A stretch of 64,000 nucleotides of DNA. Source: Amoebophrya sp. A120. Lineage: Eukaryota > Protista > Dinoflagellata. Below the pieces are notes generated by a model that was not told the DNA's origin, ran no database searches, and saw only the letters and a program-made list of their open reading frames with translations. The position numbers were made by a program, and so were the translations under genes. Below, piece after piece: positions 23,928 to 36,823 of this stretch (position 1 is the first letter of the stretch; every line of letters starts with the position of its first letter). The DNA lies in the NCBI GenBank assembly GCA_905178155.1, contig CAJINV010000020.1:744001-808000 (forward strand). The letters are read 5' to 3'.

Positions 23928-25046
23928 ACAACGATGAAATCATGTTGAGGACTTTTTGCAGACAAAATCAAAGCTGATACAACAACTACGTGAAGAACGT
24001 CGGATACGTTGAGACAAAAAGGGGAAGCATATAACTTTTTCAAATGAAATCTCGCAACGACGGCCGCATGATAGTAATCGATCGCAAGAAAAAATGCTGC
24101 CGGATGAATCGATGTCAAAGACGTGGCGGCTCATTCTTCGTCGACCTCTGAAAAGACGCGATGTATTCAGATCCTCTTCCTTACTTGACTTGATGTTTAC
24201 TTTTCGTGGTAGTTGAAGTTCCCGTGGTGCAGGTGTCGTCTCTACTCGTCAAGCTACAGAACAACGTTTCGCTTTCGTTACTCGATCATACATCCTGCAG
24301 GTGCTTCTTTGGTGGAGGGCTTGATGACAGAGGTTCTCGCTGCTCTGCTCGAACAATTTCCGAATCGTGTAAAAAGCCTTTTTGGTGGTCGAACCGAACC
24401 TGTTTCTTACATCGTTCACGAGCGACTGAGAGGTGCTCCTGGGGGAAAATCGCAATATAGTTCAATTCGAAGCGAAAGCACACGACGCAGGGTTTAGTTG
24501 AGGACTAGATACTAGACATGCTTCATCACTTCATCTGCTGGATGTGGATCGTGGGTCGCTGTTTGAGTTTCTGATGTTTTTGGAAAACGTGATCCACAAT
24601 TCTACTTCCAGCTCAGCCAACATAATAGACGATTGAGACTATCGCGTTAGCCGCGATTCGCCGCCCCTAAAGCGGCACCGCGAATGACCTGGCCTGGTCT
24701 GAAAGTTTTACTGGGGGCCTCAACACAGGGTCAGAAAGCGGCGAGCAAATCGATGCTACGATGACCCGCAATTTCAAAATGAAGGAAGACCGTCGTCGTG
24801 CCTTTACTTGAGGCGTCGTGGTTGCCTGGGGCGACGCGAGGCTGCCATTGACGGCGTGTGTCTTTGCGGCAAACAACTCAACTTCAGCTACTTCAGCAGA
24901 AAACAAGACCGGTGCGGCGTCATCTCAAGGTGATCATCCTCCAACACCTGCATCAGCGTCTTCCCTTGCTGGCGTTGTAGCAAAGAAGACCAAACAGAAG
25001 GAGTTGTAGAAACTGAAACACCGCCCTTGCCACATCCACAGTGATC

Positions 25047-28000
25047 ATGTCGGCAACCCCGGGGGGCAACACGACGGCGGGCAACAGCCCGGGCACGACC
25101 GCCCGGGATGTGGAGACCACGGCCCAGAATTCGCCCACGGAGAGCGAAGAGGCCGACTTCAAAGAGGTCGACGGGCGGGAGCAATACTACGTGAAGAAAG
25201 AAGCGGAGTTCAACGCGGTGGCCGACTTGCTCCGGCCCGTGCAAAAGGGTTTCCGCGACAACATGTCCTCCATGCACAACTCCAGCAACAGCTCCTACGC
25301 GGTGAAAACGACGGTGGGGGTTGCGCAGCCGAAGTTGGAAATCAAATTTGACTATCAAGTGCATAAGTGTCTGGGTCTGGAAGGTGGTAACTTGTGATGC
25401 TGTCTTTGGATTCCAAAAAAATCTGTATTGCATGACTAGCAAAAGGAGTCCAGTTTGTGCTACAAGGGGAGGGCATTTCTCATGCGGAATAAGCATCAGG
25501 AAGCCTTTTGAAAATCTGGGATGCTAGGGCATGCATTACAGTCGTCATTGGTCATGCAAAATATGCATGACAAACCTGGCAATCTTCCAGACCCAGACAC
25601 ATTTGCATTTGATATTGACAAATTCGACAAGGCGGCGCTCTTTTTGAACGAACAGCCGAAACGATATGACAGCCTCAGGTTGGAAATCCTCAAAGTGGAA
25701 ATGCTTTGTAATGTAAAAAAACGACTCCAGTTGAAGCGACATTTGTAGTCGGCGCATGACAAATTTCCCGGTCACGTACAGCATGTTTGTCATGCAGGTT
25801 ATGGCAAGGGGGTTCCCTTCTGTCGTGCTAAGCCGCACTCCAATTCTTCACCCCTAGCAGGACAATGGTCGGCCTCCATTGCGTCCTCTGCAATACAGTC
25901 TTTTTTGCGTCGCATTTCATGCATCACAAATCATTTCCTTTTCCACTTTGAGGATTTCCATTCTGAGGCTTTCATAAACGAGTGCTCGCCGGCGGGGAAA
26001 ACATGCGACTGGAGATCAAGAAGTTAAAGTTCGAAATCGTCGGCTTGAACGACGACATCCGGGAGCTGGAGAAGGAGAGAAACGGCCTCCAGGACGAAAA
26101 TGCCTACTTGAAGCAGGAACTCACAGCGCAGGTTTGTTTTTCAGAAATTGTTTCGAAACATATGTTTTGGATTTTGAATTGGAACAGATGAATTGGTACT
26201 GTTTTCTGGTCCTCTGCATGATCATGTTTTTGGTAGAACCGCAAGAAAAGCTTGAACAAATAAATGTCCATGAACAAATAATGGCTCAAACAGAAACTTC
26301 GTGCCGAAGCCGAGCAGGAGCGCATAAGAGCCACCATGGAGCGCGCCTTCTACCTTGCATATGAAATGGCGAAACGGAGGCGAGTTGCTGCTTGACCCCG
26401 ATGGTGACTTTATTTTACGAAGGGCATGCAATAGTTTCAATTCGTAACGACCTCCTCCTCAGGTGCAGATGCAGTTCAGATTCTGACGAAAAGGAAAATA
26501 AAGCTGTCGTGGCTGTCGCAGACTCGGACTAGCAAGCAGCTGCACAATCTGCATCTGCTTTTTGCCTGTTGAGTGACGATGATAAGTTGTCCTCTAAGAA
26601 GGAGGTCTTCATGGTTCATCTCTCTGAATCTATCGATCAACATGTTCTATAGCACAACTCCTACTTCGTTTCCTCTTTTCCATACGCTTGAGTACTGTGC
26701 GGAGAACAAGGCCAACCAGGAGTGTGTGCAAGAGTTTTGGGGCATTTGGCGGAACCAGTACCAGCAGGACAAGGTGGCGGAACTGTTGTTCCAGATCAAG
26801 AACCAGGCGGTGACGATTGATAAGTTGCGGAAGAACAAGCGAATCAAAACGAAAGCGTCCTTGGAGACCATGAAGCAGATTCAGAACCGGGTTTTGAAGG
26901 AAAAAATGTTCCAGGCACTGAAGGACTACTGCAACAACCAGCTGGCCGACAAGCACGTGGAGTACCTCGGGAACAAACTGCGGCAGAAACAGGAGAAAAT
27001 CGACGAACAGAAAAAGGAAATCAAACAGCTCAAGGACGTACTTCTACTTTTTTCTTCGCTTGATGTTGTGTTTGTCCTTGCCGGTTCCTGAAAATTAGAA
27101 TTACGTAATTTTTGTAAGTTTGTTTTGTTTACAACTGGGCTTCCTTCTATCTGGTGCTTCCGACGGTCGTCCAACATACGGCAGATATCAAGAATTGTGA
27201 GTGTGATAGTTTGAGTTCCACATTCTTTCACTTCAAGAAAAAGACGAGATCATATCAAGAAATAATTACATACCATGATTTCAGATGGTGGCGGTCCTGG
27301 AAGCGGCCCAGGCGGACAACATGGAGCTCCTGAAGCTGCAGGAGCAGCTGAAGGCGGAGATTGCCAATATCAAATGCAAAAGTGTCCGGGTCTGGAAAAA
27401 TGCAAGTTTGTCATGCTTGTCTGGCATGACTCGAGAATCTGTGTTGCATAGGCACGACGAAAAAGCCCTCTTACCTGTCATGCGAAAAGGCAGCTTGCCA
27501 TGCGGAAGCGGAATACGTAAGACATGGATGGCAGCCACAAAGTTTGTCATGCGCACCTGCGTATTGCAGTGCGTCTATCATTCACTTTCAGCATTACAAC
27601 TTTCCAGACCCAGACATATTTGCAATCCATAGCCAAGTTGAACGTGCAAATCGAGGAAATGAACGCCGACTACGAGGAGCTCGCCGCCTATGGAAGCGTC
27701 AGGTTTGAAATCGTCAAAGTTGAAATAGTCTGTAATGCATAAAATGCATGACCCGAGGCACGTGCGTTGCAGAGCAGGCAAGTGAGGCCGATTGTAAGCC
27801 TGTTTGGGGTTACAGCTCGAGCTGCTAAAGTAGCATGAGAAAATCGCTCTTCTTTGCCTAAATAGCATGACAAACTGGATTTAGGGACCGCCGAAATTTG
27901 TCATGCGCCACTTGGAAACTGGGTTCCATCTGGCATCCATTTTATGCATGACAAATTATTTCAACTTTGTCGATTTCAACTCTGACACATCCATACCGCC

Positions 28001-31000
28001 GAGGCCCGGGCCATCCGGGCGGAGTTCGATGCGTACCGCAAGGAAATCGAGCGCGAAAAGGCCGACACCACGGACTACAAGGGCTTGTCGCAGCGGTTCG
28101 CGAAATTGTTTCAGCGCGAGCAGCAGGAGAGGATCAAGTTTCAGACCAAGTTGCACATCCTCGCGACGCCCGAAGAGATGCAGAAACTGATCAAACAGGA
28201 CGAGTACGAGGCCATTGTGGCGCGGTTAGAGGAGTACGACAAAATGTTCGAATACCTCCGGGCGGAAATGGCCAACGCGGAAAACTACCGAACGCAGATA
28301 CACGAATTGAAACTTGTATTTGAAATTTTTTTTGGTGATCATGTTTTTCAAGTTTTGGTTTGTCCTAAAAATGTTTGAAGTTGTTGTGCGAAGAGGGGGA
28401 TTTCTGTAACTTCTGTCGGAGGTGAACAAATGTTCACCTCAAATCCGATTTGCACCTTGCAACTCGCATTCATTGTCCAGCGTTGCATGAAAATTGCGCT
28501 TTTTCTCAACCAATTACAGATCCTGAAGGACGCCAACAAGCAGATGAGCAAGATGGCCGACATCAAGAAGAAGAACCACATGCTCGAAGAGGCAATTGGC
28601 ATCAAGCAGGACGAGGGCACCAAGGGTTTTGTGGATCGGTGGATCAAGGCGAGCGAAGAGGTGAACAAGTCCCGGCTGGAATGCCGCCGCATGTTCGAGG
28701 AGATCGAATCCGTCCGGCGCCAGCGCGAGATTTTCAAGTTGAACTACCAGACCGAGGTGGCTTCGCACGTGGCGACGTGCTACCGCGCGCTGCGGCTGAC
28801 CGCAACGGTGGACGAAAAGGACGTCTTGGCGGCCTTGTCCCTGGCCAGCCAAGGCGACATCGACGCACTGCAGGACGAGGTCGCGCAGGAGGGTGAGGAG
28901 CAGAAGCAGGAGCGGACGGCGACGGTGTTGGAGCGGCAAAGGAAAGAGTTGGAGTCGTGGTTGGTGGATTACGTGCACGAGGAAGAGGAGTTTTTAAAGG
29001 AGAGGAAGGAACGAAACAAGGAGTTGAAAGACCTTCGCGACAAGATCGACGAGCGGAGTCGCACGCCCGCCATGTACCAGGTGCAACACGACACGGGCGA
29101 AGTGTTGCGCATCCGCGGCGACGGCAGCTTGGCGATGCCGGCGGAGAAAAACCGCACCAGCACGAGGATACCACCCGGCGTCGTCCCGCCTGCCAGCTCA
29201 ACGTCGAAAGCGCCCTTCGACCCCCACGGTATGGTGTACCGCGGCAGCAACCGACAACTCAATCCGAAGAACCTCAAGGGCACCGGGCTGCAGCCGAATC
29301 GCTCCTCACCATCACGGAGCAAGCCGTCCACGCGCGCTGGTGTTATGCAATGCAAAACAAGTATTGATGCACTCGTAGTCATTGCAGAAGATGCAGTGAT
29401 GCATGGCAAATTTCCTATCATAGGTAAATCAGCATTGCAAATTCTATGTTTCTTCTTGGCAATATCTAGCATGCTATCTCTACTAGTGCGATGCTTTTGC
29501 GATGCATAGGTGCGTCGAATCAACAGAGTTTCAACATCTCCTCGGGTTTCGACCACAAGAAAGGATTGCTGATTACGCCCGACGGCCGGACCGGCACTAC
29601 GGATCCGCCAGGGCGGCACAGTTATCAACATCAAATGCAATCCGGGGGAAGCTCCTCGAGCACCGCACCCTTCCGCGGCCAGGGGCTGCAACAGCAGCAG
29701 AACAACAACTCCAGTGCGGCTGCGACCCTGCAGGCACCAAAAAAGATGGGACTACGGTCGACGACGGGCTTTACGAAGGTGAAGGAACAGCGGAAACGCA
29801 GCTATCTGGTGAACGACGACGAAGACGTTTACATCCCAGACCTCGACAACAAGGCCGGTGGAGGTGCGAAATCCTTCGGCACTCCTAGTTCGCCAACGAA
29901 CAAACCGAAAAGCAGGCAGGCTGACAGGGACAGAGTACCTATCGTGTTTTCATCTAGCACTAGATGCATATGCATTTTTTCTTTTCGAAGATTAGAATGC
30001 CGCTCACATGGAAATTTTGATATGGTCGTTTTTTGGGTTGTGATGATCTGTACTACACATAATTCATCAATTTTTTCATCAGTACTCCTCCGCTGTGTAC
30101 TACGAGTCGTACGAGCAGGACCCGCCCGATTCGCTGTACGTGGAAGAAAACCGCGTGCCCAACCGGCTCCGCGTCCAGGAGCTGGGTGGCGGCGGGGTCA
30201 ACGGCCAGCCCATCCACATGGACGGGTCCTTCGAGCGGCGCGACGTGCTGGCCATGCGCGACTTCCACCAGCACAGTTCGTCGCCGCCGCCGGCCACGCA
30301 CGGTGTCGTCCGTCGTTATGGGGCTCTCAAACGTTACATTCTCAACTGTTACATGATTTGTCATGCAAAATGACCACGAGCCGCAAGACGATCCAGCTGC
30401 TTCGCATGACAAATGATCGAAGGGCTAAACAGCATCTAAATCCGTGCTAAATTTCTGATGCAAGACTTGCAAGCTTTCCCCTTTCCCTATTGCTGTTTTT
30501 GCATGACAAATTCATGTAACAGTTGAGAATGTAACAGTTGAGAGCACCATAGTCGTGACGACTGGGATGTCAACCACGACCTGCGAGAACTGTCCGCAAT
30601 TCAAGAAGAGGACCGGGTGCGAGAGGCGATGATCCGCGCCGACAAGTTGCAAAACCTGTCGCGCACCTACGGTCGAAGTTCTCCCGGCGCCAGGAAAGGT
30701 TCGAAATCAAGGTCAGGTTCCCCGTACCGCGACCGAACGGCGCAGCAAAATTCCCGGTTTTCCACGGTGCGCCATTCCGGGGTGTTTGCCGATGAGAATC
30801 CCATAGCGGAAGCGCAGGGCTTGGGAATTGTGGAGCAGATGGTGCTGGAGCGGGCACCCCCCGGGGCGCTGCCAAAGGATATCAGGTACCAACCATGTTT
30901 GTACAAAAAGAAAGTAAAATATTAGCATTGAAGAATGTATGGTACACAACAATAGTGATGCAGTTCTGTCTACTTCTGTTGCTATATCTGAGTCATGTTT

Positions 31001-31652
31001 TCTATTTCTTCACCAACCTCCGCATGATCAACACAGGAACACCCTGACGGAGCTGCAGCAGCAGTATCCTGCGATAAGAGAAGCCGGTGGGTTGCTTGGC
31101 GGCGGCAAAGGTAAATCACCCTCGGCATCGCCGGGCCGCGCCGCTGGCCGAAAACCGAAAAAGCAGCCCGACATCAGCAGCGATGAGGTACTGCTGTCGC
31201 TGTGGCAACTCGAGTTAGAAACCTGTCTTTTTTTCACCGACTTGAGGAATAAAATCCGTGAGATCATGTAGCATAAAAACCGTGTTCAAAATAAACAAAA
31301 CAAAACCAACCAACAGGGCGGCGACCCCATCTACGCCCGGAGGGTCCGTGGCCTGCCACGTATCGGGAATTTGGACTCGGAGGGCTACCCCGTGGAGGAG
31401 TCGTTGCCAAAGCCGCTTTCGCAGGAGACGATGAACCCCTACAAGGAGGACGATGAGGACCGGCAGAACGCGCTGTCCCAGGACGTGATGGAGGAACATT
31501 TTAAAGATGTCATGGACCGTATCGGCGAGGAGCGCCGCGTCGTCAAAAGCCGCGAGCGGAAAAACGAGCAATTGTTCGGAAATCTCGACAAAAAGTACGA
31601 GGAAAACGCGGTGCTGCGAAAACACTACGCCGGGGTGAAATGGAGACCATAA
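25047..31652 (+). CDS. Long coiled-coil protein, ~14 exons, 7 of its introns being TIR elements
   Basis: Heptad-rich ORFs 25041, 25521, 25982, 26573, 27285, 27524, 28085, 28430, 29491, 30095, 30617, 30939 and 31371 join in frame through TIR elements and GT-AG introns. Confidence 0.8.
25353..25614. mobile_element. TIR introner family B, 262 bp, TSD TTGAC
   Basis: TATCAAGTGCATAAGTGTCTGGGTCTGGAAG...CTTCCAGACCCAGACACATTTGCATTTGATA. Removing 267 nt gives EIKFD|KFDK. Confidence 0.95.
25665..25976. mobile_element. TIR introner, A-related, 312 bp, TSD AACGA
   Basis: TATGACAGCCTCAGGTTGGAAATCCTCAAAGTGGAA...TTCCACTTTGAGGATTTCCATTCTGAGGCTTTCATA. Removing 317 nt gives EQPKR|VLAGG. Confidence 0.93.
26360..26684. 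mobile_element. Degenerate TIR introner, ~325 bp
   Basis: TATGAAATGGCGAAACGGAGGCGAGTTG vs CAACTCCTACTTCGTTTCCTCTTTTCCATA. Removing 330 or 333 nt keeps frame (ERAFYL|EYCAENK). Confidence 0.6.
27368..27631. mobile_element. TIR introner family B, 264 bp, TSD GCCAA
   Basis: TATCAAATGCAAAAGTGTCCGGGTCTGGAAA...TTTCCAGACCCAGACATATTTGCAATCCATA. Removing 269 nt gives AEIAK|LNVQI. Confidence 0.94.
27689..27995. mobile_element. TIR introner family A, 307 bp, reverse orientation, TSD CCGCC
   Basis: Reverse complement of 34420-34726 with about 10 mismatches by eye. Removing 312 nt gives EELAA|EARAI. Confidence 0.96.
29344..29508. mobile_element. TIR introner family D, 165 bp, TSD GGTGT/GGTGC; usable as GT-AG intron 29340-29509
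   Basis: TATGCAATGCAAAA...TTTTGCGATGCATA; inverted homolog of 60324-60479. Removing 170 nt gives STRAG|ASNQQ. Confidence 0.87.
30317..30551. mobile_element. TIR introner, 235 bp, TSD GTCGT
   Basis: ~50-bp TIR TATGGGGCTCTCAAACGTTACATTCTCAACTGTTACATG.../...CATGTAACAGTTGAGAATGTAACAGTTGAGAGCACCATA. Removing 240 nt gives GVVRR|DDWDV. Confidence 0.94.
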
Positions 31653-32975
31653 GGTGCATAGTGTCCGTGGATAGAAGCGGGTAAAGCAGGAATAACTTGT
31701 AGTGAAAATGAACGAATCTCAACTGTCAAAGAACTGTCTCTCGATCATCGATCATCTCATTGCAAAGAAATGTAAAACGATAAGGTTTTAGCGTCTTCTG
31801 TTGAAGATCGAAATCAATCATCTTTTTGTTTTTCGTATATTCACGTGTCTGACGTGTCAAAAAATGGAGGTAGAGGGAGAAGTAGTCCAACGAGAAGTCA
31901 GTCTGAACGTCAACTTTTGTACAATTATTATCAAGGCTTTTCGTTTGTACCTCCTTGACACAAAGCAGGTATAGAGCTTCGAAATTGAATTGATGTCTGA
32001 TACGCTTTCACAGCCAGATTCTGACTGTTGATACTAACTCGTTAAGTTGCTTACAGCGAAAGGAGAGGAAGCCGACGAATAAGTATGGCGGAGGCAGAGT
32101 CGGGGAAATACTAGAGGAGGAGTTGTATGATCATTCAATCGAAACAATGAACAAAATTGAGTTGTATAAAGAAACAAGTCCCCTGCTCCTCCTGTCGCTC
32201 CCTCCTGCAGGACGATAAATGCCTGGCCGCGGCTTTATTTTTTCGCACGCTACAAGCCCAACGTAGAGCAATTTCCTTGCCGTACATGCATCAACGTCAA
32301 TGTCTTAAAGGAATCCCAATCAAATTCTCGAAAGCGGGTGCTTCGCTACTGCTCGCTGCGCTTTGTGGTTAGTGTTCAGTTTCTTCATCTTAATAAAGAG
32401 ATGGCAAGCGAGAAAATTTTTCTTTTTCTCAACAAAGTAGTGCACCCCATATTACGCAGAGCGAATAGGGGACGAGTGACGACTTTTATGTCTACAAGGA
32501 GCAGCACCAAGAATTGTCAGAGAAATTGAAGGATTCGGTTCGCACTCATGAAGCATGTCTGAGAGAAGAAGATGCATTTAGCCACAGAGATTTTTAGCAA
32601 GAAGTGTTGTATGAAGTTGATGCAGGATCTATCACCTCATTGAACTGCATGTGGTCACGATTTCTCTCTGCTGTCCAATTGTTTCAAGTAAAAGTACGTG
32701 AAATCTATCCACCGTGTTGATCACACCGCTATTAATTTGTCTTCTGTTGTAAGATAACCTTAATCTAAACCTTCGAGTTATACGAAAGAAAAATTCGCTG
32801 TATAATAATTGGCAGGGCGCGTTGTGCTCTAGACAAAGACATTTAAATCCAGTAGAGTTTGCCTCTCAAGACCATTGGTTCAACTTTCTTGAGACGCTAC
32901 AAGAAACTCTGCATCGCGTCGTCCCATCGCTGCTCCGTCTTCACCTGCGTCCAACCACCTGCTCTACTTTCGTCC

Positions 32976-35416
32976 ATGCTTGGGCCAACTGCCTACAACA
33001 TGACGACCGTTTCCACAAGCGCAGAGGAGCATATGCCAGAGCAACATCATGCGGAGACCGCGCTGTTCCCGAGCCAGCAGGTCTTCATCGATACCGAAGA
33101 CAAGTATGGCGCGCACAACTACCACCCCCTTCCGGTGGTGCTGGAGCGGGGGGAGCGCTGCTTTTTGTACGATACCGACGGCAAGTATCCAGGAAAAAAC
33201 ACCCATCCCCATCCATTTTGTGCATGACAAATACGGGACTTTATGCATGTTTTGCATCACAAATTGGATGGGGATGGGTGTTTTTTCCTGGATAGCAAGA
33301 AATACTTCGACTTTCTCGCGGCCTATTCCGCGGTCAACCAAGGGCACTGCCACCCGAAGATTGTGAAGACCATGCAGCAGCAGTGCTCGAAACTGACCCT
33401 CACATCAAGAGCCTTTCACAACAACGTATAAGCTTCTATACTCTTTCCCTTTCACGTAAAAATATGCGTGTGTCTGGTGATTCCAGGCAGAAGCGTGCAT
33501 GTGTGCTGTGAGCTTGTACGAAGCAGGCAAAAATTATGATCTTGATCCACGTTCTTGTTCACTTATACAGGTGTACGCCGGCTACACGAAGTTTATCACG
33601 GACTTTTTCGGGTACGACCGTGTGTTACCCATGAATACCGGCGTCGAGGGCACGGAAACTGCCATCAAGTTGATGCGAAAGTGGGCCTACACAAAACGAG
33701 GCACACCAGAGGGCGAGGCCAAAATCGTCTTTGCGCACAACAATTTTTGGGGACGATCAGTGTGTGCCATTTCCACTAGCACCGACCCGGATTGCTACAA
33801 AGGGTACAGAACTTTTGTGCAGATGAAAGAGATCTTACTTCTACTTTTCTGTTTTATTTGTTTTTGTGTGTGCTCCACCTCGAGCTTGTCAGATCATCAA
33901 GGTGAGTTCGACATTCTTGCTATGCCCACAAAAGCGGCTATGAGCATGAATCTGTTGCCATTGGCTTTTCAGGTTTGGTCCCTATGCACCGGGGTTTATC
34001 CTCCTTCCCTACAACGACATAGCCGCGCTTGAGAAGGCGTTTGAAACGGAGCCAAATCTCGTCGGCGTGTGCTACGAGCCAATACAGGGCGAGGCAGGGA
34101 TTATTGTTCCGGATGAAGACTTTTTTCTCAAGGTAAGTAGTGCTAGTTTTGGTATCAGTATAATGTATGATGACCTGAGGCATTTTTTGATGTGGAACTT
34201 TATCCGGTTTCGGTTTCGAAAAGAACGAAGAGAGACTGCAACGCTACGTATGTTACGTCCACAACGCTCGAAGAAGCCAAACCCAGGTTTCCGCCCTGTG
34301 CAAGAAGTACAATGCATTGCTGTGCTGTGACGAGATCCAAACGGGGCTGTGCCGGACGGGAAAGATGCTGTGTTCGCAGCACTTCGGCGTCCGGCCCGAC
34401 ATACTCGTGCTGGGGAAGGTATGGATGTGTCAGAGTTGAAATCGACAAAGTTGAAATAATTTGTCATGCATAAAATGGATGCCAGTCGGAACCCAGTTTC
34501 CAAGTGGCGCATGACAAATTTCGGTGGTCCCTAAATCCAGTTTGTCATGCTGTTTAGGCAAAGAGGAGTGATTTTCTCATGCTACTTTAGCAGCTCGAGC
34601 TGTAACCCCAAACAGGCTTACAATCGGCCTCACTTGCCTGCTCTGCAACACACGTGCCTCCGGTCATGCATTTTATGCATTACAAATTATTTCAACTTTG
34701 ACGATTTCAAACCTGACGCTTCCATAGAAGGCTCTCTCCGGGGGGATGTACCCAGTTTCCGCCGTCTTGTGCGACGACGATGTCATGCTCAACATACGGC
34801 CGGGCCAGCACGGGTCCACCTACGGCGGCAACCCGCTCGGGTCGGCGGTCGCGCAAGCGGCTCTGGAGGTCTTACGGGACGAAAAAATGGCGGAAAACGC
34901 CGAGGAACTCGGACAGATCTTTCGGAAGGAACTGAAAGCGATAAAGTACAACTACCGGTTTTTTTTGGTGCAGTAAGCATTTGAGTATTCATTGTGTATT
35001 GATGATGGTTGTAAGTGGTTTAATATTTAGTGGCGGGGTTATTCTTATTTCTTCTTGAGCTTTATTTCAAGCGGCCAAAATAATGTGGTTCTAGTCGACG
35101 TGGACGTAGTAGAGCCTGTTTCTGTTTCCAACAAATCAAGAGCAAATGAAAATTTATCAGGTACGCTTGGATAAAGGATGTCCGGGGGAAAGGGCTGCTC
35201 AACGCTGTCGAGGTCGATCCTGCATTTGCTGCCAAGGTAACCGCGTGGCAGGTGTGCGTCCGCCTGGCCCAGAATGGGCTGCTTGCCAAGCCAACGCACG
35301 AAAACATCATCCGATTTGCGCCGCCGTTGTGCATCACGAAGCAGGAAATCATGGACGCGCTCGCTGTGATAAAGGGCACACTGGAGGAATTTAATGAGAA
35401 AGTGGCGAAGTTGTAG
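32976..35416 (+). CDS. OAT: Ornithine aminotransferase (class III PLP aminotransferase); start uncertain
   Basis: Hallmark motifs [71 protein letters not shown] (PLP lysine), [32 protein letters not shown]; stop TAG 35414-16. Confidence 0.97.
33186..33294. mobile_element. Minimal TIR introner, 109 bp, TSD GCAAG
   Basis: Perfect 30-bp TIR TATCCAGGAAAAAACACCCATCCCCATCCA. Removing 114 nt gives conserved OAT DTDGK|KYFDFL. Confidence 0.96.
34420..34726. mobile_element. TIR introner family A, 307 bp, TSD GAAGG; usable as GT-AG intron 34419-34730
   Basis: TATGGATGTGTCAG...CTGACGCTTCCATA; splits OAT LGK|ALSGG. Confidence 0.97.
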
Positions 35417-36823
35417 TAAAGCCACGGTCGTGCTGTGCGTCGAGACACCGGAATGCAACCGAATCATGATGTGTAGTATGAGGACAGAATTAATGAACGC
35501 AAGCGCAAGTAGCAATATTTGATGATTGTAATCTGCACAAATCCACCTAGTAACGCAAACCTAGACTGCGAAACCGCCCCGGACCCAGAGTATGTCATTT
35601 CGTTTTCCTAAGCAGGCGAGGTCCTACCCCTCTATGGTGGTAAGGCGTGTTGATGTAGAAGTGGCGAAAAAATGAACACCTTTATTTTTTGTCCTTGCAA
35701 CTTGCTAGAGCTGGTCCTGGTTCCGCTCAAACTCATTGTGCTTTCACTCTGCAACTCCAAGCTCGTGCTTTCTGAAGTTTGATTTGTACAGAAAGATAAC
35801 CTTTTACTAGCCCTGGTTGTTAATTTATTACGGCGGACTCGTCGTCCTGCCCTACTTTTGCGTGTGAACCCGGCCTACCAGCTGCACCAGATACAACTGT
35901 GAATGCCCAACAGAAAGAACTTTTGAAGCCGGAAAGAGCGAAATGTTGTAGCAGGAGGGGTCGCGAAACCTTCGAACCCCTCATGTGAGTGTACAAAAAC
36001 AAAAAGATCCTTTCTACCTCCACCTTGCAGAAGAAAAAACTAGGAATAAAAGCAACCTGGTGTTGTAGTTGCAGACACGGGCACTGGCCGCGGCAGCTTT
36101 TCATCTGTGCGGCTGTGGAAAAAAAATCTTCACTCGGCCACGTAGCAGATTTCTGACTCGCTTCTCTGAAGCTGCGCAAGCACTGCCGGCGTAAAACGCA
36201 GCGCAGAACTTCATACGAAAGATCCCCTTGCACTTGCTACTTTCAGCAGCGTGATTCTTCCAGAAGTGTCCTCCCAGCAGGAAGATGATCTCGAATAGAA
36301 GGAAGCAAAAGGCACTTTTCCATTCTTAATTTTTATCTTCCGATCATGTAGTTGGCCTTGGCCTTACTTACCGTTGCGTCGAGGTAAACTTCTAACTAAG
36401 CAAGATCACCTCTGACTGAACCTTGATGTTGCTATCGTTCCTCCTGTGGCTTGAGCTCATTCATGATGTTATTGCACGGCAACGGCTTTCCACCTACTTT
36501 TCGTTCTTGCTGGCGCCGCCAGTACTGGTAAAAAGTACAATGACAATCTACTTTCTTACCACCTGCTCCTTTTTGTGCGGTAATCATTCTCATTTGCTTT
36601 CCGTTTCACACGACCCATTTCTTGTATCAATTGGAATTGTCGTCGGCTTTGAATAAAACAACTTGCAGGACTCTCCTAGAAATTTGATAGTGAACGCTAA
36701 GAAGGAACTTGTCACCTTAGTTGTTGTCGAAAAGAAAGGAAACAGAGACTCCTACTTGTAGTAGTTTTTGTCGCATTTACTATAAATTTGTGTGTCTAAC
36801 AGAACACAAAGAAAACATCCAAG

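Noticed and set aside
27578-28190. Recurrent peptides such as [16 protein letters not shown] and LPDPDTF in several ORFs, suggesting a gene family
   Set aside because: They are translations of non-coding introner copies.
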